Both the position numbers and the translations under genes were made by a program. Shown in pieces: positions 30,865 through 40,909 of a stretch of DNA of 64,000 nt. The stretch is from the NCBI GenBank assembly GCA_963666985.2, contig CAXXIA010000002.1, positions 2,048,001 through 2,112,000 on the forward strand, written 5' to 3'. Position 1 is the stretch's first letter, and each line of letters opens with the position of its first letter. The notes below the pieces were generated by a model that saw only the letters and a list, made by a program, of their open reading frames with translations, was not told where the DNA came from and searched no databases. Source of the DNA: Spirochaetia bacterium. Lineage in GTDB: Bacteria; Spirochaetota; Spirochaetia; DSM-2461.

Positions 30865-31902
30865 ATGGGACTCACACATGGAAATACATCCCTCGGCCGT
30901 GAGGGCATCGGTATCGCCGGATGGGGCATTTACACTCCGAAGACCTTTGTTGAGGCCGCCGAAATCGCCGCGGCCACGGGGATTCCGGAGAATGTGATTC
31001 GGGAAAAATTCGGCGTTCTCCGCAAACCTGTTCCCGGGCCCGAAGACACAACGGCGTTTATGGGACTGGCGGCGGCGAAAGAGGCGGTTGCCAAGGCCGG
31101 AATCGATCCGGCCGAAATCGATGTGATTATCTGGAACGGTGCCCAGCACAAGGATTTTCCCTGCTGGCTTGCCGGATTGGATATCGCCGAACAGCTCGGA
31201 GCCGTGAATGCCTGGTCTTTCGATATGGAGGCCATGTGCGGCTCCATGATGGCGGGCATGGAAACCGCCCGTTCTTTGATGGTGGCCAACGAACGCTACC
31301 GGAACGTTCTTCTGGTGAGCGGCTACCGCAACGGCGATTTGATTCATTACGGCGTACCCGAAACAAGCTTTATGTTCGATTTGGGCGCGGGGGGAGCCGC
31401 TCTGCTGCTGAAGAAAGGACTCGGAAAAAATCTTCTGCTGGGGGCTTCTTTCAAGGGCGACGGTTCGTTCAGCAGGATGTGCACCGTAAAAACCGGCGGT
31501 ACGGCCAAGTGGCCCATGGAGCCGGACGACGTTGAAAAGCTCCATTTCACCATTGATGATCCGGATGCCTTCAAGAAGAACCTCGGCGAAAAAACTCTTC
31601 CGAATTTTTTCGCCGTTATCGACGAGAGCCTGGAACTCAGCGGGCTGAACCGGAAGGATATCGGCTATCTGGCCATTCTTCATTTTAAGCGGTCTTCTCA
31701 CGATTTGGTTCTCAAGGAATTGGGAGTTCCCGAAGAGAAGACGACGTATCTGAACGCGTACGGGCACATCGGTCAGAACGATCAGGTGATTTCCATCGCG
31801 GAAGGTTTGGCCGCGGGGAAAATCAAGGACGGCGACAACATCGTGATGGTGGGCGCCGGCCTGGGTTTCGTCTGGGCGTCGGCGGTGGTTCGCTGGGGCT
31901 AA
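30865..31902 (+). CDS. FabH/KAS III-like enzyme (Cys-His-His variant)
   Basis: AMCGS, ILHFK, YGHIGQND, GAGLGFVW. Confidence 0.85.
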   Translation: MGLTHGNTSLGREGIGIAGWGIYTPKTFVEAAEIAAATGIPENVIREKFGVLRKPVPGPEDTTAFMGLAAAKEAVAKAGIDPAEIDVIIWNGAQHKDFPCWLAGLDIAEQLGAVNAWSFDMEAMCGSMMAGMETARSLMVANERYRNVLLVSGYRNGDLIHYGVPETSFMFDLGAGGAALLLKKGLGKNLLLGASFKGDGSFSRMCTVKTGGTAKWPMEPDDVEKLHFTIDDPDAFKKNLGEKTLPNFFAVIDESLELSGLNRKDIGYLAILHFKRSSHDLVLKELGVPEEKTTYLNAYGHIGQNDQVISIAEGLAAGKIKDGDNIVMVGAGLGFVWASAVVRWG

Positions 31903-31975
31903 GGCCTCGATTACGCTACCGGCGGTGTAATGCCCGCCGGAATTTGGAAAGTATCGGATAAGGAAGGAATTGATT

Positions 31976-32695
31976 ATGAAAGGGAAAATTTGTGTTGTAA
32001 CCGGCGGAGCCCGGGGAATCGGTTGGGACATCGTGACGAAATTCGTCGAGGCCGGGGCGGCCAAAGTTTACGCTTGCGATGTGAACACGGACGGAGTGGA
32101 AGCCTCCGAGGTTGTGGTACCGTATGTCTTGAACGTGACCGATCCGGAAGGAATCGCGAAATTCACCGAGAAGGTTCTGGCCGATGAGGGCCGCATCGAT
32201 GTTCTGGTGAACAATGCCGGCATTACCCGCGATGGACTTCTTGCCAACACATCCGACGAGGACTGGGATTTGGTGGTTTCGGTGAACCTGAAGGGTGTGT
32301 TCAACATGACCCGCGCCATCGGTCCGAAAATGACCTCCGCCGGATCCGGCTGCATTATCAACATGGCCTCGGTTGTGGGGATGGACGGCAATGTCGGGCA
32401 GACCAATTATTCGGCCACCAAGGCCGGTGTTATCGGCATGACAAAAACCTGGGCCAAGGAACTGGCCCGAAAAGGCGCCCAAGTGCGGGTGAACGCGGTT
32501 GCTCCGGGATTCATCAGAACGCCGATGACCGATAAAGTTCCTCAGAAGGTTTTGGACTTGATGGTTTCCAATACGGTTTTGGGCCGAATGGGAGAATCGG
32601 ACGACGTGGCCAAGGCCGTGCGGTTTTTGGCTTCCGAGGATGCTTCGTTCATTACGGGGCAAACTCTGCGCGTGGACGGCTGTCTGAAGCTGTAA
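31976..32695 (+). CDS. fabG: 3-oxoacyl reductase (FabG/PhaB-like)
   Basis: TGGARGIG, NNAGITRD, GNVGQTNYSATK, VNAVAPGFIRTPMT. Confidence 0.88.
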   Translation: MKGKICVVTGGARGIGWDIVTKFVEAGAAKVYACDVNTDGVEASEVVVPYVLNVTDPEGIAKFTEKVLADEGRIDVLVNNAGITRDGLLANTSDEDWDLVVSVNLKGVFNMTRAIGPKMTSAGSGCIINMASVVGMDGNVGQTNYSATKAGVIGMTKTWAKELARKGAQVRVNAVAPGFIRTPMTDKVPQKVLDLMVSNTVLGRMGESDDVAKAVRFLASEDASFITGQTLRVDGCLKL

Positions 32696-32925
32696 GGACC
32701 GATGCGCCGCACCGGAGCACCGGAGCGCTTTTTCGGTGCGGCGGCCGGGACTCAATGCCGTGGCGCGGTAAGGCCGCCATATGCCTGCCGGATGGGAAGC
32801 CCCGGCGGGGATAAAAGTGATTTCCGGAATGGGCCGCCTGAATCGGATTGACCGGCCCGAGACGATGCCGGAGAAGGTATGGGCCGCGCGGCTTCGGGGG
32901 TCGTTTGAAGATAAGGAGAAGAATT

Positions 32926-34245
32926 GTGAAGTGGGAAGCCGAATACAAAAAGAAACTTCTTTCCATGGACGAGGCTGTGGCAAGGATGCCGAAGAAGGGC
33001 GTTGTTGTGATGGGCATGGCGTCCATGGAAACGCAAGGGTTCATGAGCCGGATTCACGAGTACGCCGACCATTTCGAGTTTCTGCGCATTATCAGCTGTT
33101 TGAATCTGTCCAATTATCCTTTCTGCGAGGAAAAACGGTACGAGGGCACGTTCTATAACGAGAATTGGTTTTACGGTCCTTCGAATCGGGCGGCGGCGAA
33201 GAACGGTTATGATTTGGTTACCTTCATTCCCAATAATCTGCATCAGGCCGGGACGAACAGGCTCAAGGCGCTGAAAGACGAAGGGGTGCATATTACCTAT
33301 TGGGGCCCTTCGACGCCGATGCAGGGGAAGACGGGTTTCTTTAATCTCGGTCTTTCCAATGTGTATGAGATGGAGGTGCTCGAAGCGGCCGACATGGTGG
33401 TGATGGAGGCCAATCCGAAGATTCCGTGGATTCACGGAGATACCCAGATTCATATCGACCAGGTGGATTTCATCGTTGAATACGATAAGGCTCCGCCGAC
33501 TCTTCCCCTGGTGGAGCCGGGGCCGGTGGAAACGCAAATCGCCGAGCATATCGCCGAACTTGTGCCCGACGGCGCCACGCTGCAGATCGGTATCGGAGGC
33601 ATTCCCAACGCCGTGGCTTCGCTTTTGAAGGGCAAGAAGGATTTGGGCGTGCATACCGAGATGTTCACCGAGAGCATGATCGATCTTTTTGAAGGCGGTA
33701 CAATAACCAATCGGAAGAAGAGTCTGTGGCCCGGAAAATTCGTCTGTACGTTCGCCTTGGGTTCGCAGAGGATGTACGATTGGCTGGACAACAATCCGGG
33801 TGTGTTCATCCTTAGGGGCAATTACGTGAATAAACCCGAGGTGCTCGGTCAAAACAGTCTGATGACTTCGATCAATACCGCCATGTCCGTGGATTTGACC
33901 GGTCAGGTGGCGTCCGAATCCATCGGTCCGGTTCAGTATTCGGGCACCGGGGGACAGCTGGATACGCACAGGGGCGCGCAGATGGCCGAGGGCGGCAAGG
34001 GAATCATCGCCCTGAAATCCACGGCGAAGAAGGGGAGTCTTTCCACGATCGTACCCTTGCTGCCGCAAGGTTCGATGATTACCGTGCCCCGGCAGGATTT
34101 GGATTGGGTAACGACCGAATACGGTGCGGTGCAGCTTCGCGGCCGGACCGTGGCCGAGCGGGCGCGGAAGATGATTTCCATCGCCCATCCCGATTTCCGT
34201 GCGTCTTTGGAAGAGGAGGCGAGGAAGATCGGGTTTCTGTGCTGA
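32926..34245 (+). CDS. 4-hydroxybutyrate CoA-transferase / acetyl-CoA hydrolase family
   Basis: DGATLQIGIGGIPNAV, DLGVHTEM, SGTGGQLD, VTTEYG; GTG start behind AAGGAG. Confidence 0.9.
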   Translation: MKWEAEYKKKLLSMDEAVARMPKKGVVVMGMASMETQGFMSRIHEYADHFEFLRIISCLNLSNYPFCEEKRYEGTFYNENWFYGPSNRAAAKNGYDLVTFIPNNLHQAGTNRLKALKDEGVHITYWGPSTPMQGKTGFFNLGLSNVYEMEVLEAADMVVMEANPKIPWIHGDTQIHIDQVDFIVEYDKAPPTLPLVEPGPVETQIAEHIAELVPDGATLQIGIGGIPNAVASLLKGKKDLGVHTEMFTESMIDLFEGGTITNRKKSLWPGKFVCTFALGSQRMYDWLDNNPGVFILRGNYVNKPEVLGQNSLMTSINTAMSVDLTGQVASESIGPVQYSGTGGQLDTHRGAQMAEGGKGIIALKSTAKKGSLSTIVPLLPQGSMITVPRQDLDWVTTEYGAVQLRGRTVAERARKMISIAHPDFRASLEEEARKIGFLC

Positions 34246-34279
34246 TTCGGAGGGTACATCCCGGTTTCCTTAGGAGTGA

Positions 34280-35056
34280 ATGATGGAAGAGCTGGCTGTC
34301 CTTATTCTCGGTCTTTCCATGAGGTATTTCGCCGCGGGGAATCCCGGCGATCCGGTAGTGCTGTACATTCACGGAAATCTCGGATCGGGAATCTGGTACG
34401 AGAACGTCATGGACGTTCGCGGCTTCCGGACGGTTGCGCCGGATATGCCCAACTTTGGATTCTCGGATGCGTCCGGGGACTATTCCATGGCTTCTTACGC
34501 ACGGTATATCGCGGGATTTATTGATGAGGTTCTGGGCGGAGAGGCCTGCACGGTTGTCGGACACAGTCTCGGCGGTGTGGTGGCGATGGAGTTGGCCGCG
34601 ACTCGTCCGGAGCTGATCGAGAGACTGCTTTTGGTTTCTCCCGGACCCATTGACGGGCTGCATACGCCAACGTCCCATTATCCGGCGATCGAACGCTACA
34701 AAACGGATCGGGATTTTCTCAAAGCGGGTTTGAAGATGGTTACTCCGTTTCTGAAAGATGAAGATTTTTTGGAGAGGATAACGGATATGGCCTTTAGGAT
34801 GGATCAGGGAGCGTTTCTGGGGAATCCGAAGGCTTTGGAAATTGATTTGCGTGATCGGCTGGGAAAACTTCCTTTTCCGGCTTTGCTGATTCGCGGTGAT
34901 GCGGACATCATTATCACGCAAGATATGGCCCGGCGAACGGCGGAGCATCTGGGCGCCGATTTCAAGCCCATACCCAATTGCGGTCATTCGCCCATGGCGG
35001 AACGTCCCGAGGTATTCCTTAGAATTCTCAAATCGTTTTTAAGAAGGGAGTCTTAG
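34280..35056 (+). CDS. Alpha/beta hydrolase
   Basis: HGN, APDMPNFGFS, GHSLGG, GDAD, GHSP. Confidence 0.88.
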   Translation: MMEELAVLILGLSMRYFAAGNPGDPVVLYIHGNLGSGIWYENVMDVRGFRTVAPDMPNFGFSDASGDYSMASYARYIAGFIDEVLGGEACTVVGHSLGGVVAMELAATRPELIERLLLVSPGPIDGLHTPTSHYPAIERYKTDRDFLKAGLKMVTPFLKDEDFLERITDMAFRMDQGAFLGNPKALEIDLRDRLGKLPFPALLIRGDADIIITQDMARRTAEHLGADFKPIPNCGHSPMAERPEVFLRILKSFLRRES

Positions 35057-35064
35057 ATCGGCTC

Positions 35065-36198
35065 ATGGCAAAGGATACCCGTCGAAAGTTGATTTCCTCC
35101 GCTCTTTTCCTTTTCAGCGAGCAGTGGTATGAAACCGTCTCCATTGCGGAGATTTGCCGGAACGCGGGACTGTCCAACGGAGTTTTCTACAGGTATTTCA
35201 AAGACAAGAAAGCGCTGTTTCTTGAAATCGTCTTCGAATTCATTGAGAAGTTTGAAGCGGATCTTTCCATTGTCGGGCGAAAAGGTTCCATTCGCGCGAA
35301 TCTCGTGGAGTTCCTGATAATAACAGTGGGAGTGGCCAGGCGCTACGGACGGGAAGTTTCGGTTTTCCGGGAGGGCCAGTATCGGTTCCTCGATTTGGAG
35401 AAGCGTCTTCGGGACATGTACATGAGTGCCCTGCGCCGTGTTTTTAATCGAACCTTAAGCGAAGCCGAATATCTTTACGCCATGGGCGGAGTACGGTTCC
35501 TGGCAACCCGAAACATCTATGATGCCGTTGATGTGGATGAGGAATTTCTCGCGGACATCATTCTGAAAGGAGTTTTCAACGGAGGCGGTCTGCCGGATGC
35601 ACCCGATCCGGGGGTTTTGGAGGCGGCTTTGGATTTCGGAGATGCGTCGCCAACGCACGTCAAGCTTGCCGAGGCGGGTATGGCCCTGTTCGGTGAGAGG
35701 GGTTATTACGATGTGGGCGTATCCGAAATATGCCTGACGGCGGGTCTTTCGGTCGGTACGTTTTATCAGCATTTCGCAACCAAGGATGAGTTTCTCGATT
35801 ATCTGGTTAGGGTGATCGGCCACTCGGTTCGCTATTTCCTTTCTAAGGTGGATTTATCCGGAGACCGGCTGCATCGCGAGGTAATGGGTATGGCGTATTT
35901 CGTCAGATATTTCGCCGCTCGGCCGGGATTTTATTCCATCGTCCGACAGGCCGAGTTCGTGACCGAAAGCTGGGTTCGGGATTACTACAATCGCTTTGAA
36001 TCCGGGTACCGAAGGAACTTGAATATTACCGATGAGAAAAAAGCGTGTACGACGGCTAATTTTCTGATGGGTCTTTCGCACTATTTGGGAATCGAAGTGA
36101 TTTTTTCGGATCGGGTTGCCGATTTGAACAAGATCCTCGCGACCTTGGGAAGATTCCTGCGGAACGGAATTTGTCCCGGGGACGGCGGAGGAACATAA
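35065..36198 (+). CDS. Regulator with two tandem TetR domains
   Basis: Two HTHs: SIAEICRNAGLSNGVFYRYF and GVSEICLTAGLSVGTFYQHF. Confidence 0.88.
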   Translation: MAKDTRRKLISSALFLFSEQWYETVSIAEICRNAGLSNGVFYRYFKDKKALFLEIVFEFIEKFEADLSIVGRKGSIRANLVEFLIITVGVARRYGREVSVFREGQYRFLDLEKRLRDMYMSALRRVFNRTLSEAEYLYAMGGVRFLATRNIYDAVDVDEEFLADIILKGVFNGGGLPDAPDPGVLEAALDFGDASPTHVKLAEAGMALFGERGYYDVGVSEICLTAGLSVGTFYQHFATKDEFLDYLVRVIGHSVRYFLSKVDLSGDRLHREVMGMAYFVRYFAARPGFYSIVRQAEFVTESWVRDYYNRFESGYRRNLNITDEKKACTTANFLMGLSHYLGIEVIFSDRVADLNKILATLGRFLRNGICPGDGGGT

Positions 36199-36249
36199 GG
36201 CCGGAAACCGACTGCCGGCATTGAATAAACGGGAAAGAGGTTTAAGTCT

Positions 36250-37245
36250 ATGAAGATTCTCGGAACCGGCGTGTATGCGCCCGGCCCCCCATTAAGCCAT
36301 CGTGATGTTATGGATAAAACCGGTGTTGAGTTCGACGCCGAGAAAGTAACGGCGAAGCTCGGTATTGAAGCGCGGCATATCGCGCATTTGTCGGGAGTAA
36401 AAGAGACCACAGCCGATTTCGCCGAGAAGGCCGGTCGGGCCGCCCTTGAAGACGCCGGTGTATCGGCCGAAGATGTGGGGCTTTTCGTTGTTGGAACCGA
36501 TACGCCCGAGTTTATTTCGCCGGCTACGGCCATCGTGGTGCAGGGGCGGCTTCAAGGCGGCCAGAGGTTTTCCGGATCGTACGATGTGGGCGCCAGCTGT
36601 TCCAGTTTCGTCACTGCTCTCAAATGCGCTTCGGATGCGTTAACGGCGGATCCGTCCATCGGATATGCCCTTGTAATCGGCGTGTACAACATGCCCGCGT
36701 ATTTTCGCCCGGACGATGCGTTCGGATATTCCATTTTCGCCGACGGAGCGGGTGCGTGGCTGATTGGTCCCGATGAGGGAGAGAGCAGGATGCTCGCCGC
36801 GCAGATGCTCAGCGACGGAACCCAATGGGATTATGTGGGCGTGTATTCGGGCGGAACGAAACAGCCGGTAACGCCGGAGAGAATCGCTGAAGGAAAATAC
36901 GGTCTTGAGCTGCTGCAGCGTCTGCCGGGCGATAGGAACGTGAAGCTCTGGCCGGAAGTTTTGGATGCGCTGATGAAGAAAGCGGGAATGGCGAGGGACG
37001 GGGCGGATCATTATCTTTTTACGCAGATAAACCGCGCCGTTATCGAGGAAGTGATGGGCATTATCGGACTGCCCATGGAGCGCACCACTTGCGTTATGGA
37101 CCGATACGGCTACACCGGTTCGGGCTGTATTCCCATGGCGTTTCACCATGCCGTAAAAGAGGGCCGGGTGAATCGAGGCGATTCGGTGATGATGATGGCT
37201 TCCGGTGCCGGTTTGGCCGTTAGTTCGGCGCTGTTCCGTTATTAG
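36250..37245 (+). CDS. FabH/KAS III-like enzyme lacking the canonical His and Asn
   Basis: ASCSS, FADGAGA, FTQIN (canonical HQAN), YGYTGS (canonical YGNTS), ASGAG. Confidence 0.85.
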   Translation: MKILGTGVYAPGPPLSHRDVMDKTGVEFDAEKVTAKLGIEARHIAHLSGVKETTADFAEKAGRAALEDAGVSAEDVGLFVVGTDTPEFISPATAIVVQGRLQGGQRFSGSYDVGASCSSFVTALKCASDALTADPSIGYALVIGVYNMPAYFRPDDAFGYSIFADGAGAWLIGPDEGESRMLAAQMLSDGTQWDYVGVYSGGTKQPVTPERIAEGKYGLELLQRLPGDRNVKLWPEVLDALMKKAGMARDGADHYLFTQINRAVIEEVMGIIGLPMERTTCVMDRYGYTGSGCIPMAFHHAVKEGRVNRGDSVMMMASGAGLAVSSALFRY

Positions 37246-37814
37246 CCGAGGATTATATCTTCCAGTCGCCGTTTCGGAACGTGATGAACATTCTCTTCAT
37301 CCCGGTAGTAGCGGATATCTCCTCCGTCTTCGATTTCCTCAATAACGACTTTTTCCTTTGGTTTTCCGAGGGCAATCACATAGATTAGTTCGTACCGTTC
37401 GGAAATGGAGAGTACCGAGGCGAGAGCTTTCCTTTTTATGGAACCGAATATACAGCCGCCGAGTCCCCGCTCGACGGCACCGAGAAGGATGGTCTGCATC
37501 GCGATGCCGGCGTCCACTTCCTGCATGCCGTGAATCTCGGTATCGTTCAGCACGATGATGTAGGCCGAAGGGCGTTCACCTTCCTCCGGTCCGTCCCAGT
37601 CTTTCAGATACCCGGCCCAGACCAGGGTATCGAAGACTTCTGCGTTTTTTTTAGGTTCGTTCGACAGTATGTAGCGAAGGGGCTGAACGTTTTTTCCCGA
37701 CGGGACATTCACGGCGAGACCCAAGAGCTCCTTCAGCGTTTCCTCGGTAATGGTGTAATCCTGATGGAAACGCCGGTATGATCTGTTCTTTCTGATGATT
37801 TCTTCGATATCCAC
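37242..37814 (-). CDS. Nitroreductase family protein
   Basis: NRSYRRF, PSGKNVQP, DAGIAMQTILLGAVERGLGGC. Confidence 0.9.
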   Translation of the reverse strand: MDIEEIIRKNRSYRRFHQDYTITEETLKELLGLAVNVPSGKNVQPLRYILSNEPKKNAEVFDTLVWAGYLKDWDGPEEGERPSAYIIVLNDTEIHGMQEVDAGIAMQTILLGAVERGLGGCIFGSIKRKALASVLSISERYELIYVIALGKPKEKVVIEEIEDGGDIRYYRDEENVHHVPKRRLEDIILG

Positions 37815-37886
37815 TCTTAAGCTCCTTCCGCGGAATGCGGCCCGCTTGAACCATTGTACGGGAAAAGGTGCTCCGTGCGGAAATTA

Positions 37887-39755
37887 TCAGACTTCGGTCG
37901 ATTCAACGGTAAAACGGCCGACTTCGGACCGCAGCAGTTCGGAACTTGTTTCCATGGTTTTGATTTGCAGCCGAACGTCTTTCAATAAAGAGCTGACTTG
38001 ATTTTGCTTTTCCTTAAGGTCCGCCGCGGACGATGAAGTTTCGGCGGCATCGCTGCGGATGGCGCTGATTCCCCGGGAAAGATTGGCGGTTTCTTTCTTA
38101 ATATCTCCGGATCCCTCCCTTACCCGAGTGGATGAATCGCTGAGTGTCGACATGGCTTCCAGAATCTGCGTTCCGCCGACCTGAAGTTCGGACATATTCA
38201 CAACGATTTCTTCAAACGCCTTGTTGACGTCTTCTATCGTTTTGTAGATTTTCTCATAGCTTTGGCTGGTCGTGGTGCTGATTTCTACGGCGGATCCGAT
38301 ATCACCGATGATTTTACTCAGCATGTCTCCGATTTCCATGGACTGCCCGGCTGTTGTTTCGGCCAATTTCCTGATTTCATCGGCCACGACGGCGAATCCC
38401 CGGCCGGCGTCTCCGGCGTGAGCCGCTTCGATGGCGGCATTCATGGCCAAGAGATTCGTCTGGCTGGCAATTCCCTTTATGATGTCGGTCATTTCCCTAA
38501 TAGCGTCCACTTGAGTGCTGATTCGCTGAACCGCTTCGGTTGAAGAGAGCAGCTGATCGCGGCTTTCGGCCGCCGAATGGAGCAGGGTGCGTGAAGCCTC
38601 GCCTTTATCGCGGCTGACTCTGGTAACATTGTCGATGGAGCTGATCATCTCCTGTACCGCGGCTGTTGATTCTTCCACCATGGCCACCTGTTCCTGGACC
38701 TGCATGTCGAATCCCGTCGATTTGGAATCGATGGCCTCCACGGAGTTCTGGAAGTTCTTCACTTCTTCTTCAAGAGCCCCGGAGAGTTCATCCAGCCGGG
38801 ATGCGACGGATTCGATCATGCTCATGGCGTCTCCGGAAGCTTGAACCGAATCGGAAACGGAGTTTTTTATCCCCAACAGAGTCCCGGTTTCTTTCTGAAT
38901 CTTTCCGATGATGCCGGAGAGCGAACCTGTGAAGTCGTTAAACGCCCCGGCGACCCTGGAGACTTCGTCTCCCTTGGCGGAATCCAGCTTTTTCGTCAGG
39001 TCGCCATCGCCTTCCGCTATATCGACAAGGGCGTCCCTAAGGTTTTTCAAGGGTCTGACGATGGCTCTCGAAAGGATGACGGCCGTGCCGATAAGTCCGA
39101 GAATCATCAGGATAACGGCGCAGGTTGCGATAAAGAAAATTTCCTCTCTGTGCTTATGGGCGGCGCTTACGCTTGAAGCGGCTTTCGCTTCCGTCCATTC
39201 GGTGAGGTTGTTCAGAGAATCCCTCATTATGGTAAAGGAAAGGCTGTAATTATAACCGTTGTAGATCTCCTTGGCTTGGGAAATGCTTTCGGGATCTTTT
39301 TTTTCCAAGAGGTTGGCCAATTGTTCGGTCAGCTCCGACCACTCGGTAAAGTTTATCGAGAAAACATTCAAATTGGAGAGGAAATTATTATCCTTCTGTT
39401 CTTCCGGAAAGAGTTCTTCGAATTGGACGATTCGCTGCTGAATTTGGAGACTGTTTTCTCGGATTTCGGCGATGAGCCTCTTAAGTTTCTCACTGTCCGG
39501 CGTTCCGTCAAGGATCGTCCAGCCTTTATTGATTACTTCCCTGTGGGTGTCCAAGGCTTGAGCGACGGCCAGATTCGATTGGAACACATCCCGATCGGCA
39601 TTCAGAATCAAAGCGATTCCCGGAAGATCCCTATCGCCGATTTCGTTCGCATCCGCCATGATTTGCGTGGCTCTGTTGAAGGTGAAGAGCAAACTTCCCA
39701 TTCCTATGATGAAAATCAGTATCAGACCTGTAATGAGTTTTCCGCGTATCGACAT
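37887..39755 (-). CDS. Methyl-accepting chemotaxis protein
   Basis: Two TMs, HAMP (GDGDLT), [38 protein letters not shown]. Confidence 0.95.
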   Translation of the reverse strand: MSIRGKLITGLILIFIIGMGSLLFTFNRATQIMADANEIGDRDLPGIALILNADRDVFQSNLAVAQALDTHREVINKGWTILDGTPDSEKLKRLIAEIRENSLQIQQRIVQFEELFPEEQKDNNFLSNLNVFSINFTEWSELTEQLANLLEKKDPESISQAKEIYNGYNYSLSFTIMRDSLNNLTEWTEAKAASSVSAAHKHREEIFFIATCAVILMILGLIGTAVILSRAIVRPLKNLRDALVDIAEGDGDLTKKLDSAKGDEVSRVAGAFNDFTGSLSGIIGKIQKETGTLLGIKNSVSDSVQASGDAMSMIESVASRLDELSGALEEEVKNFQNSVEAIDSKSTGFDMQVQEQVAMVEESTAAVQEMISSIDNVTRVSRDKGEASRTLLHSAAESRDQLLSSTEAVQRISTQVDAIREMTDIIKGIASQTNLLAMNAAIEAAHAGDAGRGFAVVADEIRKLAETTAGQSMEIGDMLSKIIGDIGSAVEISTTTSQSYEKIYKTIEDVNKAFEEIVVNMSELQVGGTQILEAMSTLSDSSTRVREGSGDIKKETANLSRGISAIRSDAAETSSSAADLKEKQNQVSSLLKDVRLQIKTMETSSELLRSEVGRFTVESTEV

Positions 39756-39914
39756 CTTCTTGAATTCCTTTGGGGTAGAGATTCTTCTTCAATGATACCG
39801 CATTTGTAGTTAATGCGTATAACCTCCCCGGGATAATTTATCTTTCGGGGTACGGAGGTGCTGCTGAAAGCCTTTTTCGGCAGGGAGCTGATTTAATTCA
39901 GTTCTTCAGAGTCT

Positions 39915-40899
39915 TCATGATTCTTCCAGAATACATTCCACCAAAGCTGCCGCGCCGATTAATCCGGAATCCTGGGAGAAGGCCGCCGGAACGATCCTCA
40001 TCGGTTTAACAATCATGTTTTTTACCCTTGCGGTATAATGCTTTTGGATAAGGTTCATATAGGAATCCCCTAAATTCATCAGTCCGCCCCCAAGAATGAC
40101 CATCTCCGGATTGAAAATCTGAAACATGTTGTAAACGAGTAATCCGACGTAAAAAGCCGAATGTTCCATGACAGCCCCGGCAACGGGGTCTCCATTATTG
40201 ATCAGTTCCTCCAGCAAGCGGCCGTCCAACTGCCTGCCTGCGGTGCGGTCGGGGAATTCTTCTGAAAAACGAACGGATAAAAGGTGACGCTGCTCATCAT
40301 ATTGCCGATTCATGCAGACTGTGGCCGCTTCACTCATAACGCATCCGTAGTTGCCGCAAGTGCATTGAATCCGAGAGTGTGGATTTACGATTGTGTGCCC
40401 AACCTCTCCCGCTGTTCCTGAATCGCCATGAACCAGTTTGCCGCCGATAATGATACCGGCACCGATTCCTGTGCTTACGGTAATGAAGAGCATATCGGAG
40501 ACTCCCTTGCCTGCTCCGAAGCGATGTTCTCCGCAGGCCTGGGCATTGGCGTCGTTATCGACGTAAACAGGAATGTTGAAGTGTTTTTGAAGTTCTTCTC
40601 GAATTGAAAACCCCTCGTAGCATTGAAAATTACTGGTAGTGATACAAGTGCCTTCGGGATAACGGAGATGGCCGGCAAATCCGACGCCCAAACCAATAAT
40701 ATCCGTTTCCGATATGTTGTTTTTTTTGCCAGAGTTTTTTGGTGGTTGACGCAATAAGTTCGATGGTTTCTTCCTCGCAGCAGCCGACATGTTCATAGAG
40801 AACTATTTTGTCGAGGAGATTTCCGTCTTGTGGATGTATCAGTCCGAGAGCAAGTTTTGTACCCCCGATATCAACGGCTGCCAACAGCTTTTTATCCAT
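39915..40899 (-). CDS. ROK family sugar kinase, frameshifted in an A8 run at 40720-40727
   Basis: VDIGGTK in ORF 40630-40899; DNDANA, STGIGAG, GEVGH, CTCGNYGC in ORF 39915-40796; an A7 run would fuse them. Confidence 0.88.
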
Positions 40900-40909
40900 A
40901 GTTAGAATC

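Noticed and set aside
32696..32925. GC-rich hairpins between fabG and the CoA transferase (similar ones at 63280-63420) as ncRNA or REP elements
   Set aside because: Stems are present but I see no second copy and no recognisable RNA-family motif
26254..34188. Long minus-strand ORFs (26254-27549, 30745-32064, 31916-32983, 32752-34188)
   Set aside because: Antisense to well-supported genes and without recognisable motifs
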